A DNA stretch of 47,965 nucleotides from Candidatus Fermentithermobacillaceae bacterium DTU015 (GTDB lineage: Bacteria > Bacillota > Sulfobacillia > Fermentithermobacillales > Fermentithermobacillaceae), in NCBI GenBank assembly GCA_001513185.1, contig LFST01000033.1:1-47965 (forward strand), given 5' to 3'. Of the stretch, positions 9,178 through 17,636 are shown piece after piece. The notes beneath the pieces were generated by a model. That model saw only the letters and a list, made by a program, of their open reading frames with translations. It searched no databases and was not told where the DNA came from. Numbering within the stretch: the stretch's first letter is position 1; the number at the start of each line of letters is the position of its first letter. A program made the position numbers and the translations under genes.

Positions 9178-9328
9178 ATCTTTCCTCCTTGCCGTCTCGT
9201 GCCTTTAGACTCAGTGCTTCGCCGGCCGGCACCTTAAGCACCGTATACGCCAGGCTAGCGCACCACCCGTGGCCTCTGCCGTAACCGTGCTTCCCGTAGC
9301 CGTGCCTTGTGGGGGCCGGGGCGTGTGC

Positions 9329-10177
9329 TCACACCCGGCCCGCCGAATCGAACACCTTGATATAGTGCTTGATGGCTTCCTTGTAAGCTTTTGCCCCTGC
9401 GTCATACACCATCCGCATAGGCTTAAAGCCAAGCCCTTTGACCTCGCCTGTCTCCAGGAACTCCTTCATCCCGTTTGTGCCTGCAATCATCAGGTCACTC
9501 CATAGGTTTACCTTGCAAATCCCAGTCTTGGCTGCCCTGTGGAGGTTGTCATCGCCTGTGGATGAGCCACCGTGCAGCACCAGAGGTACCGGGACCATTT
9601 CCCGGAGCTTGGCCAGGCGGTCAAAATCCAACTTAGGAGTGCCCGAATACATACCGTGGGCGGTCCCCACAGCTACAGCCAGGCAATCCACTGATGTCTG
9701 TTTGACAAACTCTACCGCTTCCTCGGGTACGGTAAGCGCAGCATCCCTGTCTACTTCATAGCGGCTGCCCATACCCACGTGTCCCAGCTCCGCTTCCACC
9801 GATACGTCCACAGCGTGGGCCATCTTCACCACTTCTGAAGTAATCCGGACGTTTTCCTCAAAGGACAGGGTTGAACAATCGATCATCACCGATGTAAAAC
9901 CGAGCCTTACCGCCTTTACGGTCGCCTCGAAACTGCGTCCATGGTCCAGATTGAGGGCCGCAGGCACTTCAGGATAGCGCCGGGCGTAGAACCTGGCCAT
10001 ATCGGCCAACGCTTCCATATCGTTGTGTTCAGAAACATCAAGGACTATGGGCGCCCTTAGTTCCTTGGCTGCCTGAAAGGCTGCTTCGGTAGATTGCATG
10101 TCATGTACGCCCGGCGCTGCCACAGCGTATCCCTTTTCCCTTGCATCTTCCAGCAACACGCCCATTTTCACCAGCAT
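9329..10177 (-). CDS. Class II (Zn) ketose-phosphate aldolase, atypical
   Basis: LDHG, SVMID, EAELGH, VGTAHG, LHGGS, KVN; AGGAGG RBS before ATG 10177. Confidence 0.9.
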   Translation of the reverse strand: MLVKMGVLLEDAREKGYAVAAPGVHDMQSTEAAFQAAKELRAPIVLDVSEHNDMEALADMARFYARRYPEVPAALNLDHGRSFEATVKAVRLGFTSVMIDCSTLSFEENVRITSEVVKMAHAVDVSVEAELGHVGMGSRYEVDRDAALTVPEEAVEFVKQTSVDCLAVAVGTAHGMYSGTPKLDFDRLAKLREMVPVPLVLHGGSSTGDDNLHRAAKTGICKVNLWSDLMIAGTNGMKEFLETGEVKGLGFKPMRMVYDAGAKAYKEAIKHYIKVFDSAGRV

Positions 10178-10220
10178 GGGGATCCGCCTCCTGTCACAAT
10201 ACACTCAGCCTACTCGCAAC

Positions 10221-11282
10221 CTACATGGTCACAACTACACGGTAGGTGTTGTTGAACGATGCAAGCGCAAGCGCGTCTTCCACCTTTTCCAGCGGGAAGG
10301 TAGTCTCGATAAGGGGCTTTACGTCGATAAGCCTCTTGGACAAAAGCACCCCTGCCTGGTACATGTCCAACCGGTTCTTGCTCACCACACCGGTCACGTT
10401 GATGCCTGTACGGTGGACCATGTTGGGATCCAGCTCCAGAGGCGCTGCTGGGTGCGCTGACGCGAACAACATGATCGTGCCCTCAGGGCCTACCAAGCGC
10501 AGGGCATCGTCGTTGACCGCTTTGTTACCCACAGCGGTGATCACTGCGTCCGCTCCCCGGCCGTCGTTGAGGGCCTTGAGCTGTTCGACAATGTCACCCT
10601 TTTCAGGATCCAGCTCAGCGTGGGCTGCAAGTTCCAGGGCCTTCTTCCTCCTGGCAGGGTCAAGGTCGCTTACCACCACAAAGGCCCCTCTCAGCCGAGC
10701 CAGCATCATGTTGAGCAACCCCATGGTACCTGCGCCGATAACTACGACAGTCTGCCCAAGTTTGATGTCCAGTTTGTTGGTACTCTGGACGACACAGGCC
10801 ACAGGCTCAACAAAAGAAGCTTCTTCAAACGCGAGGTCGGGAGACATCTTGACTAGGCTCTCAACGTCAGACACCGCATATTCGGATAACCCGAAACTCC
10901 CTATTATCTCCTTGCCCGTTTCGGGGTCGATGGCTTTCGACCTGCCTCCGCCGGCTACTACGCATAGCCGTGTGAGCCCGACGGAGCAGTAGTGGCACGC
11001 ACCGCAGCTCCCTGTGCCTGCCCGGGCGACATGATCCCCTACCTTGAGTTCGGTCTTAGTACCAGGCCCGATGGCTTCTACCACGCCTGCGACCTCGTGG
11101 CCCCAAACTCCGCCGTATCCCCAGTCGGTAATGCCCGCGTACATCCTCTGTTCCATGGTGCACAGCGAACACGCACGCTGCCTAACGAGCACTTCTCCCG
11201 TCTTCGGCTCGGGGATTTCTACCTCCCTAATCTCAATTTTCCGCGGTTCGACCATTACAACCGCCCTTGATTTAATGGACAT
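10221..11282 (-). CDS. Zn-dependent MDR dehydrogenase (sugar/polyol-phosphate type)
   Basis: CTME, GHE, CxxCxxC-x7-C structural Zn site, EPVAC, GAGTMG. Confidence 0.92.
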   Translation of the reverse strand: MSIKSRAVVMVEPRKIEIREVEIPEPKTGEVLVRQRACSLCTMEQRMYAGITDWGYGGVWGHEVAGVVEAIGPGTKTELKVGDHVARAGTGSCGACHYCSVGLTRLCVVAGGGRSKAIDPETGKEIIGSFGLSEYAVSDVESLVKMSPDLAFEEASFVEPVACVVQSTNKLDIKLGQTVVVIGAGTMGLLNMMLARLRGAFVVVSDLDPARRKKALELAAHAELDPEKGDIVEQLKALNDGRGADAVITAVGNKAVNDDALRLVGPEGTIMLFASAHPAAPLELDPNMVHRTGINVTGVVSKNRLDMYQAGVLLSKRLIDVKPLIETTFPLEKVEDALALASFNNTYRVVVTM

Positions 11283-11322
11283 TGCTCTTCCTCCAAGATA
11301 CGTTATTCATCCAAAAACACGC

Positions 11323-11793
11323 TTACTCATCCAGCATTTTTGGATTGTCGTCAGGCAAAATCCTGAACTCTACAGGAACTCCCATGCGCTTAATCTCCCT
11401 GAGCATTTCCAATTCCTCGTCGCTCATGGAAATGTTCCTGTAATACTGCTTCCTGCCTGGGGCAGCCCCCATACCGCCTACGTTGAGCAGGCTAAACTTG
11501 ACTCCGGCCTTGAGCAGCTCCAAGGGAGCCACAGGAGTCTTGGCCAAGACGACTACCTTCTCGTCAGGCTGACCAGGATCAGTGAACAGTGCTGCAGCAT
11601 CTTCAATAGTGAATGCTTCCACAGATATTCCAGGAGGAGCTGCAAACTTAAAAATCTGCAGGGAGAACTGGTCTTTTGCTACCAAGTCATCTACGATTAT
11701 GATCCGCTTGGCGCCTGAGCGCTTGAGCCAGTTGGTCATTACCTGTCCGTGGATGAGTCTGTCATCGATACGGAAAAGGTCTATCTGCAGCAT
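11323..11793 (-). CDS. PTS mannose-family IIB subunit
   Basis: RIDDRLIHGQV phospho-His motif; LNVGGM. Confidence 0.96.
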   Translation of the reverse strand: MLQIDLFRIDDRLIHGQVMTNWLKRSGAKRIIIVDDLVAKDQFSLQIFKFAAPPGISVEAFTIEDAAALFTDPGQPDEKVVVLAKTPVAPLELLKAGVKFSLLNVGGMGAAPGRKQYYRNISMSDEELEMLREIKRMGVPVEFRILPDDNPKMLDE

Positions 11794-11819
11794 TTATGTG
11801 ACCTCCTTAACTCTTTGGT

Positions 11820-12221
11820 TTATTTGAGTTCTCTGAGTTCAGCACCTAGGTCTGTAAGCCCTTCCAGTCCTGCCTTCAGGGCCTCGCTTACCAGGTCAGA
11901 CAGGCTGGCCGATTCCCTGCTCAACAGGATGTGCAGCAACATGGGAAGGTTGGCACCTGTCAGACATGCGACAGAATCAGAAAGCATCATGGCTGCTATA
12001 TTGCCGGGCGTGCCTCCCTTTAGGTCAGCCAGTAGCAGCACTTCTGCGTCAGGGCCATACTTCTCGATGTTGGTCTTTACACGTTCTGCGTAAGCTTCAG
12101 GCGAGTCCCCAGGGTGCAACCCTGCTGTAAACAGCTTTTCTTGCTTGCCGCATATCAATTCAGCAGCGCTGAGCAATCCTTCAGGAAATTCGCCGTGGCC
12201 AAGGATTCCTATGACCACCAC
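11820..12221 (-). CDS. PTS mannose-family IIA subunit
   Basis: GHG, DLKGGTPGN, GANLPML motifs. Confidence 0.95.
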   Translation of the reverse strand: MVVIGILGHGEFPEGLLSAAELICGKQEKLFTAGLHPGDSPEAYAERVKTNIEKYGPDAEVLLLADLKGGTPGNIAAMMLSDSVACLTGANLPMLLHILLSRESASLSDLVSEALKAGLEGLTDLGAELRELK

Positions 12222-12259
12222 TGTGCCTCAACCCCTTTTCCACGTGTTTTGAAGCAAAC

Positions 12260-12285
12260 CCCGGAGGGCAAGAGCGCCCTCCGGG
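12260..12285 (-). terminator. Intra-operon hairpin (terminator or stabiliser)
   Basis: Perfect 10-bp stem CCCGGAGGGC/GCCCTCCGGG, short U run on minus strand. Confidence 0.5.
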
Positions 12286-12300
12286 CCCCTGTGCTGTCGT

Positions 12301-13365
12301 CTACAACTGACGCTTTATACCCAGGCCGATGTCCAGAACCACACGGTAAGCTCCGGGACGGATTCCGTGTTCAAAAGCTTCCTGGATCTGCTCGAAGGGA
12401 TATACTGCTTCGACCAGCTTATCCAGCTTGAAACGCCCGTCACTTACCAGCTTCACTGCCCGGTAGAAGTCATATTTCTTCGGGCTGACCGTGCCTACCA
12501 GGTTGACTTCGCTGTAGTGGATCTTGTTGAGGTCGATCTCGGCTTCGTCTCTCATGGCACCATGATACGAAGTATACAGCACTACAGGAGCTCCCTGCCT
12601 GCAGACTTCGATTAGACCGGGTACGATGGACTGGGGTCCGCCGGTAACCAGCACTGCATCCAGGCCCTTACCATGGGTAAGGTCCATGATCTGTTCGGCC
12701 AAGCCCTCAGTAGGATCGATAACCTCATCGGCGCCGAACTCCCGGGCCAGCTCGTGGCGGTCACGGTTGACCTCAGATACAATCACCCGTGCGCCTTTCA
12801 GGCGAGCGAGGGTAACGTGGATGAGACCCATGACTCCCGCACCCACTACCAGCACGTCATCACCAAAGGTGATGTTGGCCTTGTCGACGCTGCTTACGCA
12901 GCAAGCCACCGGTTCGGTGAGGGATGCTGCTACCTTATCCACAGGCGCTGTGAACTTGAACACCTGGTATGCAGGTACAATCAAGTATTCCGAAAAGCCA
13001 CCGGGTCCGGGCTGCCGTCCGGGCCTGTGGAGCTTCCTACTGTTAAGGCACCTGTTGTCGGTGTAGGTGCGGCAGTTAACGCACTCGTGACACCTGTTGA
13101 TCCTCGAAACCGACACATGGTCCCCGGGCTTTATATCATTTACTACTTCTGAGCCTACTTCTTCGACTATACCGGAGATCTCATGCCCCATGTAGGCTGG
13201 ATAAGTACCGGCCCGTTCTCCTGTGTACACTCCTCTTTCAGAGGTGCAGATCGCTGTGGCCAAAATCTTGACGCGGACTTCGTCCGGCCTCAGCTCAGGC
13301 ATCTCCCAGTCTACTAGTTCGAATTGTCTTGGTCCTGTAAGTCGTGCTACCTTGAATGTTGACAT
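12301..13365 (-). CDS. Zn-dependent MDR dehydrogenase (sugar/polyol-phosphate type)
   Basis: CTSE, GHE, CxxCxxC-x7-C, EPVAC, GAGVMG. Confidence 0.92.
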   Translation of the reverse strand: MSTFKVARLTGPRQFELVDWEMPELRPDEVRVKILATAICTSERGVYTGERAGTYPAYMGHEISGIVEEVGSEVVNDIKPGDHVSVSRINRCHECVNCRTYTDNRCLNSRKLHRPGRQPGPGGFSEYLIVPAYQVFKFTAPVDKVAASLTEPVACCVSSVDKANITFGDDVLVVGAGVMGLIHVTLARLKGARVIVSEVNRDRHELAREFGADEVIDPTEGLAEQIMDLTHGKGLDAVLVTGGPQSIVPGLIEVCRQGAPVVLYTSYHGAMRDEAEIDLNKIHYSEVNLVGTVSPKKYDFYRAVKLVSDGRFKLDKLVEAVYPFEQIQEAFEHGIRPGAYRVVLDIGLGIKRQL

Positions 13366-13384
13366 TGACTGGCACCTCCATCAA

Positions 13385-14233
13385 TTAAGCTTTGCCTGAT
13401 GCCCCCAGCTTCCTGAGATAGTCTCTGATAACCGGCTCTGCGGCTTCGTTGGCTGTCTTCCAAATACGCACTGCAGTTAGCCTCTCCAAAGGTTCGGATT
13501 CGATAATTTCCTTTACCTTCTTGCGGATAGGAATCTGAAGGTCAGTAAACACGTTCACCTTGGACACGCCTAGCGGAGGAGTCTGCTCCAAACCAGGGGT
13601 TCCGGAGCCTCCGTGGATAACCAAGGGAACATCCACTGTTTCTGAGATCTGCTTGAGCCTTTCAAGATCGATCTTCGGCTCAAAGGTGTAAAGCCCGTGG
13701 GCTGTACCTACTGCAACTGCCAGGAAGTCTACGTTGGTCAGTTCCACAAAACGCTTGGCATCTTCAGGTTTGGTGAGATACTTTTCCATGTCCTCTTGGG
13801 TAGGTGCCTGGCTGCCTACTCCCACATGGCCCAATTCAGCCTCAACGGACACACCGCATGCGTGAGCTATGTCGACGATCTGGCGGGTAAGCCTGACGTT
13901 TTCGTCGAAAGATTCCTGGGAAGCGTCTATCATCACAGAGCTGAATCCGTCGCGGATGGCCTGGATGATGATCTCGAAGGTCTTCCCGTGGTCCAGGTGA
14001 AGTGCTACCGGAACCTTGGCCTTCCTTGCGGCAACCTCAGCGATGGCTGCAAGGTAGGTAGTACCGTATGCTTTGATTGTGCCTTCCGCAGCTTCAATGA
14101 GACAGGGGGCATTTTCTTCTTCACATACTTTCACCACGGTCATGATGCTCTGCATATCCGTGATGTTAAAGGCCGGTACGGCGTAGCCTTCCTTGCGTGC
14201 CTTATCTAGAATTTCTTTGGTGTTGACTAACAT
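13385..14233 (-). CDS. Class II (Zn) ketose-phosphate aldolase
   Basis: AFN, LHLDHG, EAELGH, VGTAHG, HGGSG, KVN; GGAGG RBS before ATG 14233. Confidence 0.92.
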   Translation of the reverse strand: MLVNTKEILDKARKEGYAVPAFNITDMQSIMTVVKVCEEENAPCLIEAAEGTIKAYGTTYLAAIAEVAARKAKVPVALHLDHGKTFEIIIQAIRDGFSSVMIDASQESFDENVRLTRQIVDIAHACGVSVEAELGHVGVGSQAPTQEDMEKYLTKPEDAKRFVELTNVDFLAVAVGTAHGLYTFEPKIDLERLKQISETVDVPLVIHGGSGTPGLEQTPPLGVSKVNVFTDLQIPIRKKVKEIIESEPLERLTAVRIWKTANEAAEPVIRDYLRKLGASGKA

Positions 14234-14367
14234 GTATTGCACCTCCGCGCCTATTTTGTGGCATTACTGCCTGTATATCTTTCCCCAGGTCCATTCTTTG
14301 TGAATCATGATTTTCAGGCCCGGGGCACGTGCATCCAGCCCTCTCAAAAGGCACACCAGCCGGGTGC

Positions 14368-14398
14368 CGGGGTGAGCCCGCTTTATGAGCTCACCCCG
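14368..14398 (-). terminator. Intra-operon hairpin after IID
   Basis: 10-bp stem CGGGGTGAGC/GCTCACCCCG with no U tract; more likely stabiliser than terminator. Confidence 0.4.
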
Positions 14399-14407
14399 TA
14401 GGAGTAC

Positions 14408-15244
14408 TCAGCCGATGATGTTGAAATAACCTAGTACAATACCGATTCCGAACAGGGCAAAGATGATGTGGTTGACCTTTTTGCCCTTCCTCAGCAAGTG
14501 CCATACACCCAATACGAGCAGAAGTGGGAGCAAGTTGGGGATAAGCTGGTCCAGCACTGCTGTTTGGATGTTTACAGCCGGCATGTCGCCGATAGCTATC
14601 TCAGCCACCAACCCGAAGTTGATGTACTTCGCAGTCAGGGCGCCTGCAGCCATTAGTCCGACGAAGTTTACCGCAGACATCGCTGTCTGGAGCAGGCCGC
14701 TTTCAGTGAGGCTCCCGATTAGCTGTCCACCCTGCTTGTACGCTGCCTTAAACCACCACCACATGAGCGGGTAGGTAATACCCAGGATGAGCACGCTAAA
14801 CACGATGGGGCCTGCAACGTTCCCCTGGAGTCCCATGGATATTCCAAGGGCAACCAGAATGGGGATGAGCATGCCTTGCCAGATGGAGTCACCCAATCCA
14901 GCCAAGGGGCCCATCAAAGAAGCCTTCACGCTGTTGATCATTTCACCGGTCAAAGGCGCACCATTTGCCTTTTGCTCTTCCATTGAGGCCATAATACCGG
15001 CGGCTATGGTACCCGTGGTAGTGTTAGTGTTAAAGAACACCAGGTGACGCTTGAGCGCTTCTACTCTTTCTTCCTTGGTGTCGTATAGCCTATTGATGAC
15101 CGGGATCATGGAGTGGCATACGCCCACACCTTGCATGTTCCTGTAGTTGTACATGCCATGCAAGAAGCTGCACCAGATCGCCCATACCTTGAAAAGGTCA
15201 CCGTTAGTCAGTTTCTTCTCGACTCTGGCTTCCTTAGCGGACAT
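14408..15244 (-). CDS. PTS mannose-family IID subunit (canonical-pocket paralog)
   Basis: NY..MQ, FFNT, GPLAGLGDSIW motifs; start overlaps IIC stop. Confidence 0.95.
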   Translation of the reverse strand: MSAKEARVEKKLTNGDLFKVWAIWCSFLHGMYNYRNMQGVGVCHSMIPVINRLYDTKEERVEALKRHLVFFNTNTTTGTIAAGIMASMEEQKANGAPLTGEMINSVKASLMGPLAGLGDSIWQGMLIPILVALGISMGLQGNVAGPIVFSVLILGITYPLMWWWFKAAYKQGGQLIGSLTESGLLQTAMSAVNFVGLMAAGALTAKYINFGLVAEIAIGDMPAVNIQTAVLDQLIPNLLPLLLVLGVWHLLRKGKKVNHIIFALFGIGIVLGYFNIIG

Positions 15245-15987
15245 TAACCTTCAACCCCCTTTACACCCCGGTGAGCCAGCAAGGCTACACAGGTTCCGAG
15301 AATGACCACTGCCATGATGTCCAGGTTGAGGTAGGATGCAAGCACAAATCCGATGAAGAACGCAGGCAGCAGTTTTGTATCTTCAGCCATGTACCGCAGA
15401 AGCATGGCATAACCTACTGCAGGCAGGAGCTTACCTGCTACAGTGAGCCCATGGAGCAGCTGGTCAGGCATGGCACCGATAAGAGACTCAATGGGGCCCG
15501 CTCCGTAGTACATAGCCAGGAATGTGATGAGACCAGGGTTGATTGCGGCCCACAGGGTGCCGGGGACGATGTTCATGAATGCGATCCCCCGCAGGTTGCC
15601 CTCTTCGGCCATCTTGTCCACAACTCCGGGAAGCAACGAGAACAGGGACATCTTTAGCACGTTAAGGGATGCTCCTGCCACTGCTACAGGAACTGCAAAC
15701 GCCAAGGCTACCTCAGGTTCCATGTCCGTCAAAATCCCCAGGGCAGTTGCCAGTGTACCTGCAATCAACGTGTCAGCAGGCATCGCACCGCCTACACTCA
15801 GAACTCCGATGTATACGGCATTGACCATGGCACCGATGATTGTGCCTTTTACAGGATCTCCTAGAATCAAACCGATTACGAAGCCGTTAACTAGGGGCCT
15901 TGAAAATGCATAGAATCTGGTGTTGAGAGTCAACGGTGATCCTAGCCAAGTGGCCCACAATGCTACTGCAATCGCTTTCCACAACAA
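15244..15987 (-). CDS. PTS mannose-family IIC subunit
   Basis: RPLV, GDP..G.IIGA, VGGAMP, LPAVGYAMLL. Confidence 0.95.
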   Translation of the reverse strand: MLWKAIAVALWATWLGSPLTLNTRFYAFSRPLVNGFVIGLILGDPVKGTIIGAMVNAVYIGVLSVGGAMPADTLIAGTLATALGILTDMEPEVALAFAVPVAVAGASLNVLKMSLFSLLPGVVDKMAEEGNLRGIAFMNIVPGTLWAAINPGLITFLAMYYGAGPIESLIGAMPDQLLHGLTVAGKLLPAVGYAMLLRYMAEDTKLLPAFFIGFVLASYLNLDIMAVVILGTCVALLAHRGVKGVEG

Positions 15988-16075
15988 GGCTTAAGCCCTC
16001 CTTTCGAATTGATTACCGAGACAAACCCTAGAGCGAAACCTCCGTCCGAGTGCTCCTCTATGCCTGCCCCCCTCC

Positions 16076-16101
16076 TGTACATTTGTTCTTGCACATGTTC
16101 A
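16076..16101. promoter_or_regulatory. Palindromic operator TGWACAT-N12-ATGTTCA (candidate SorC-family site)
   Basis: TGTACATTTGTTCTTGCACATGTTCA, directly downstream of a sigH-type -10; 20/26 identical to the site at 28488-28513. Confidence 0.75.
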
Positions 16102-16102
16102 T

Positions 16103-16129
16103 ATTCGACATCAAACACAGAACTCCTTC
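16103..16129 (-). promoter_or_regulatory. SigH-type promoter of the PTS operon
   Basis: GAAGGAGTT-N11-GTCGAAT, close to the SigH consensus RNAGGAWWW-N11/12-RNNGAAT. Confidence 0.65.
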
Positions 16130-16194
16130 TGGGGTTTGAGGATTTCGTCGATTTTTGGCGTGTTAAAGGATGGCAGTGTCAACAATAATGAACT

Positions 16195-16218
16195 GGATAA
16201 CCACTCTAGCGGTTATCC
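16195..16218 (-). terminator. Probable terminator downstream of smpB
   Basis: GGATAACC-N8-GGTTATCC stem followed by a T-rich run on the minus strand. Confidence 0.5.
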
Positions 16219-16373
16219 GGCAATTTAAGCAGGTCATTTGCCGCTTGATCTTGGGGACAGAGCACTTCCATAGTCCTTAAGCGAAGGACTAAAGAGGGGC
16301 AAACAGAAGGTGATAGAGAAGAAAAACAAGGCACAGCGTCAGGACCATAGCCTGTAAGCCTGGTGAAGCCATA

Positions 16374-16841
16374 TCAATAATCCCTTTGCCTCACGGCCCT
16401 CCTGGCTTCACGCTCAAGGTCCCTTTCTCTGATAGCTTCCCGCTTATCGTAAGATTTCTTACCGCGGGCAAGGGCCAGCTCAACCTTAGCCTTGCCGTCC
16501 CTGAAATAAATGGAAAGGGGTACGAGAGTGTAGCCCCGCTGGGCCACCCTAGATGCCAGCTTCCTGATTTCTCTCTTATGAAGCAAAAGACGCCTGGGGC
16601 GCAATGGGTCGTGATTGAACCTGGCTGCCGGCTCGTATTGATCGATATGGGCATTTTTCAGAAATACCTCGCCATCTACTACCTGGGCATAAGCATCCTG
16701 CAAACTTGCCCTGCCCGCCCTGAGGGACTTGACCTCTGTCCCAATAAGGGCAATGCCGGCCTCGATCACTTCTTCGATTATATAATCATGCCTGGCTCTC
16801 CTGTTTCTCACTACCGTCTTGACATTGTCCCGCTTTTTCAT
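16374..16841 (-). CDS. smpB: SsrA-binding protein
   Basis: NRRARHDY, EAGIALIGTEVKSLR, LLLHKREI, GKKSYDKRE. Confidence 0.98.
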   Translation of the reverse strand: MKKRDNVKTVVRNRRARHDYIIEEVIEAGIALIGTEVKSLRAGRASLQDAYAQVVDGEVFLKNAHIDQYEPAARFNHDPLRPRRLLLHKREIRKLASRVAQRGYTLVPLSIYFRDGKAKVELALARGKKSYDKREAIRERDLEREARRAVRQRDY

Positions 16842-16957
16842 AACCTCCGTACTGCAATACCCTGAGCAACACCCTGATCACTTATCCTACGGTCAAATGC
16901 GCTCAGGCTCGCTCAGGGTAATGCAATCACTCCTTCCCTCCCGAAGGGGATCTTACC

Positions 16958-17509
16958 TTACAATCCAAGTTCTTGTGAAATCCCCTGCATAGCCTCAAGA
17001 GCAAGGGATACAAATTCTTCTAGTTCAAGATCTAGTTCTGAGCACGCTTTTATCGCATCACGGTTGGCGCCCCTGGCAAAGGATTTTTCGCCCATCCGGT
17101 TCAACACAAACTGGGTATCGATGCCCGCCAGTTTCTTGTCTGGAGAAATCAGCGCAGCCGCTACAATTAGCCCGGTGAGGGGATCGGCACAGTACAGCGC
17201 CTTAGCCATTCTGGTATCCCGCTCAAGACCGTGGATCTCATTGTGAGCCCTTACTGCATCTACGATTTCCTCATCAAAGCCAAGCTCTTCCGCAATTTGT
17301 GCAGACTTCAGGCTATGGGTATAGGGATCATTTTTGGTCTCTTCATAGTCGATATCATGGAGCAGCCCAGCGGCTCCCCAGCGGTCTTCGTCTTCTCCGA
17401 AATGCCTGGCCAGCCGCCTCATTACCGCTTCCACAGCAAGGATATGCTTGAACAGATTCTTGGTAGTTACCCGTCCGGCTACCTCAGCTACAAGCTCATC
17501 TCTGGTCAA
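16958..17509 (-). CDS. HD-superfamily hydrolase (HDIG/COG2316-like)
   Basis: KH..AVEAVM, GLLHDIDY, DPLTGLI, KSFARG; likely TTG start 17509 after GAGGGA. Confidence 0.88.
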   Translation of the reverse strand: MTRDELVAEVAGRVTTKNLFKHILAVEAVMRRLARHFGEDEDRWGAAGLLHDIDYEETKNDPYTHSLKSAQIAEELGFDEEIVDAVRAHNEIHGLERDTRMAKALYCADPLTGLIVAAALISPDKKLAGIDTQFVLNRMGEKSFARGANRDAIKACSELDLELEEFVSLALEAMQGISQELGL

Positions 17510-17636
17510 TGTGTCATCCCTCACTTGTTCTGGATTAGGTGGAGAGTAAACATTCATCCATGCCCCGGCCCTCACAGGGGCTCAGGGCATGGATGTTAAC
17601 TGCGCCACAAAGCGGTTTCCGCCGATAAAACAACTC

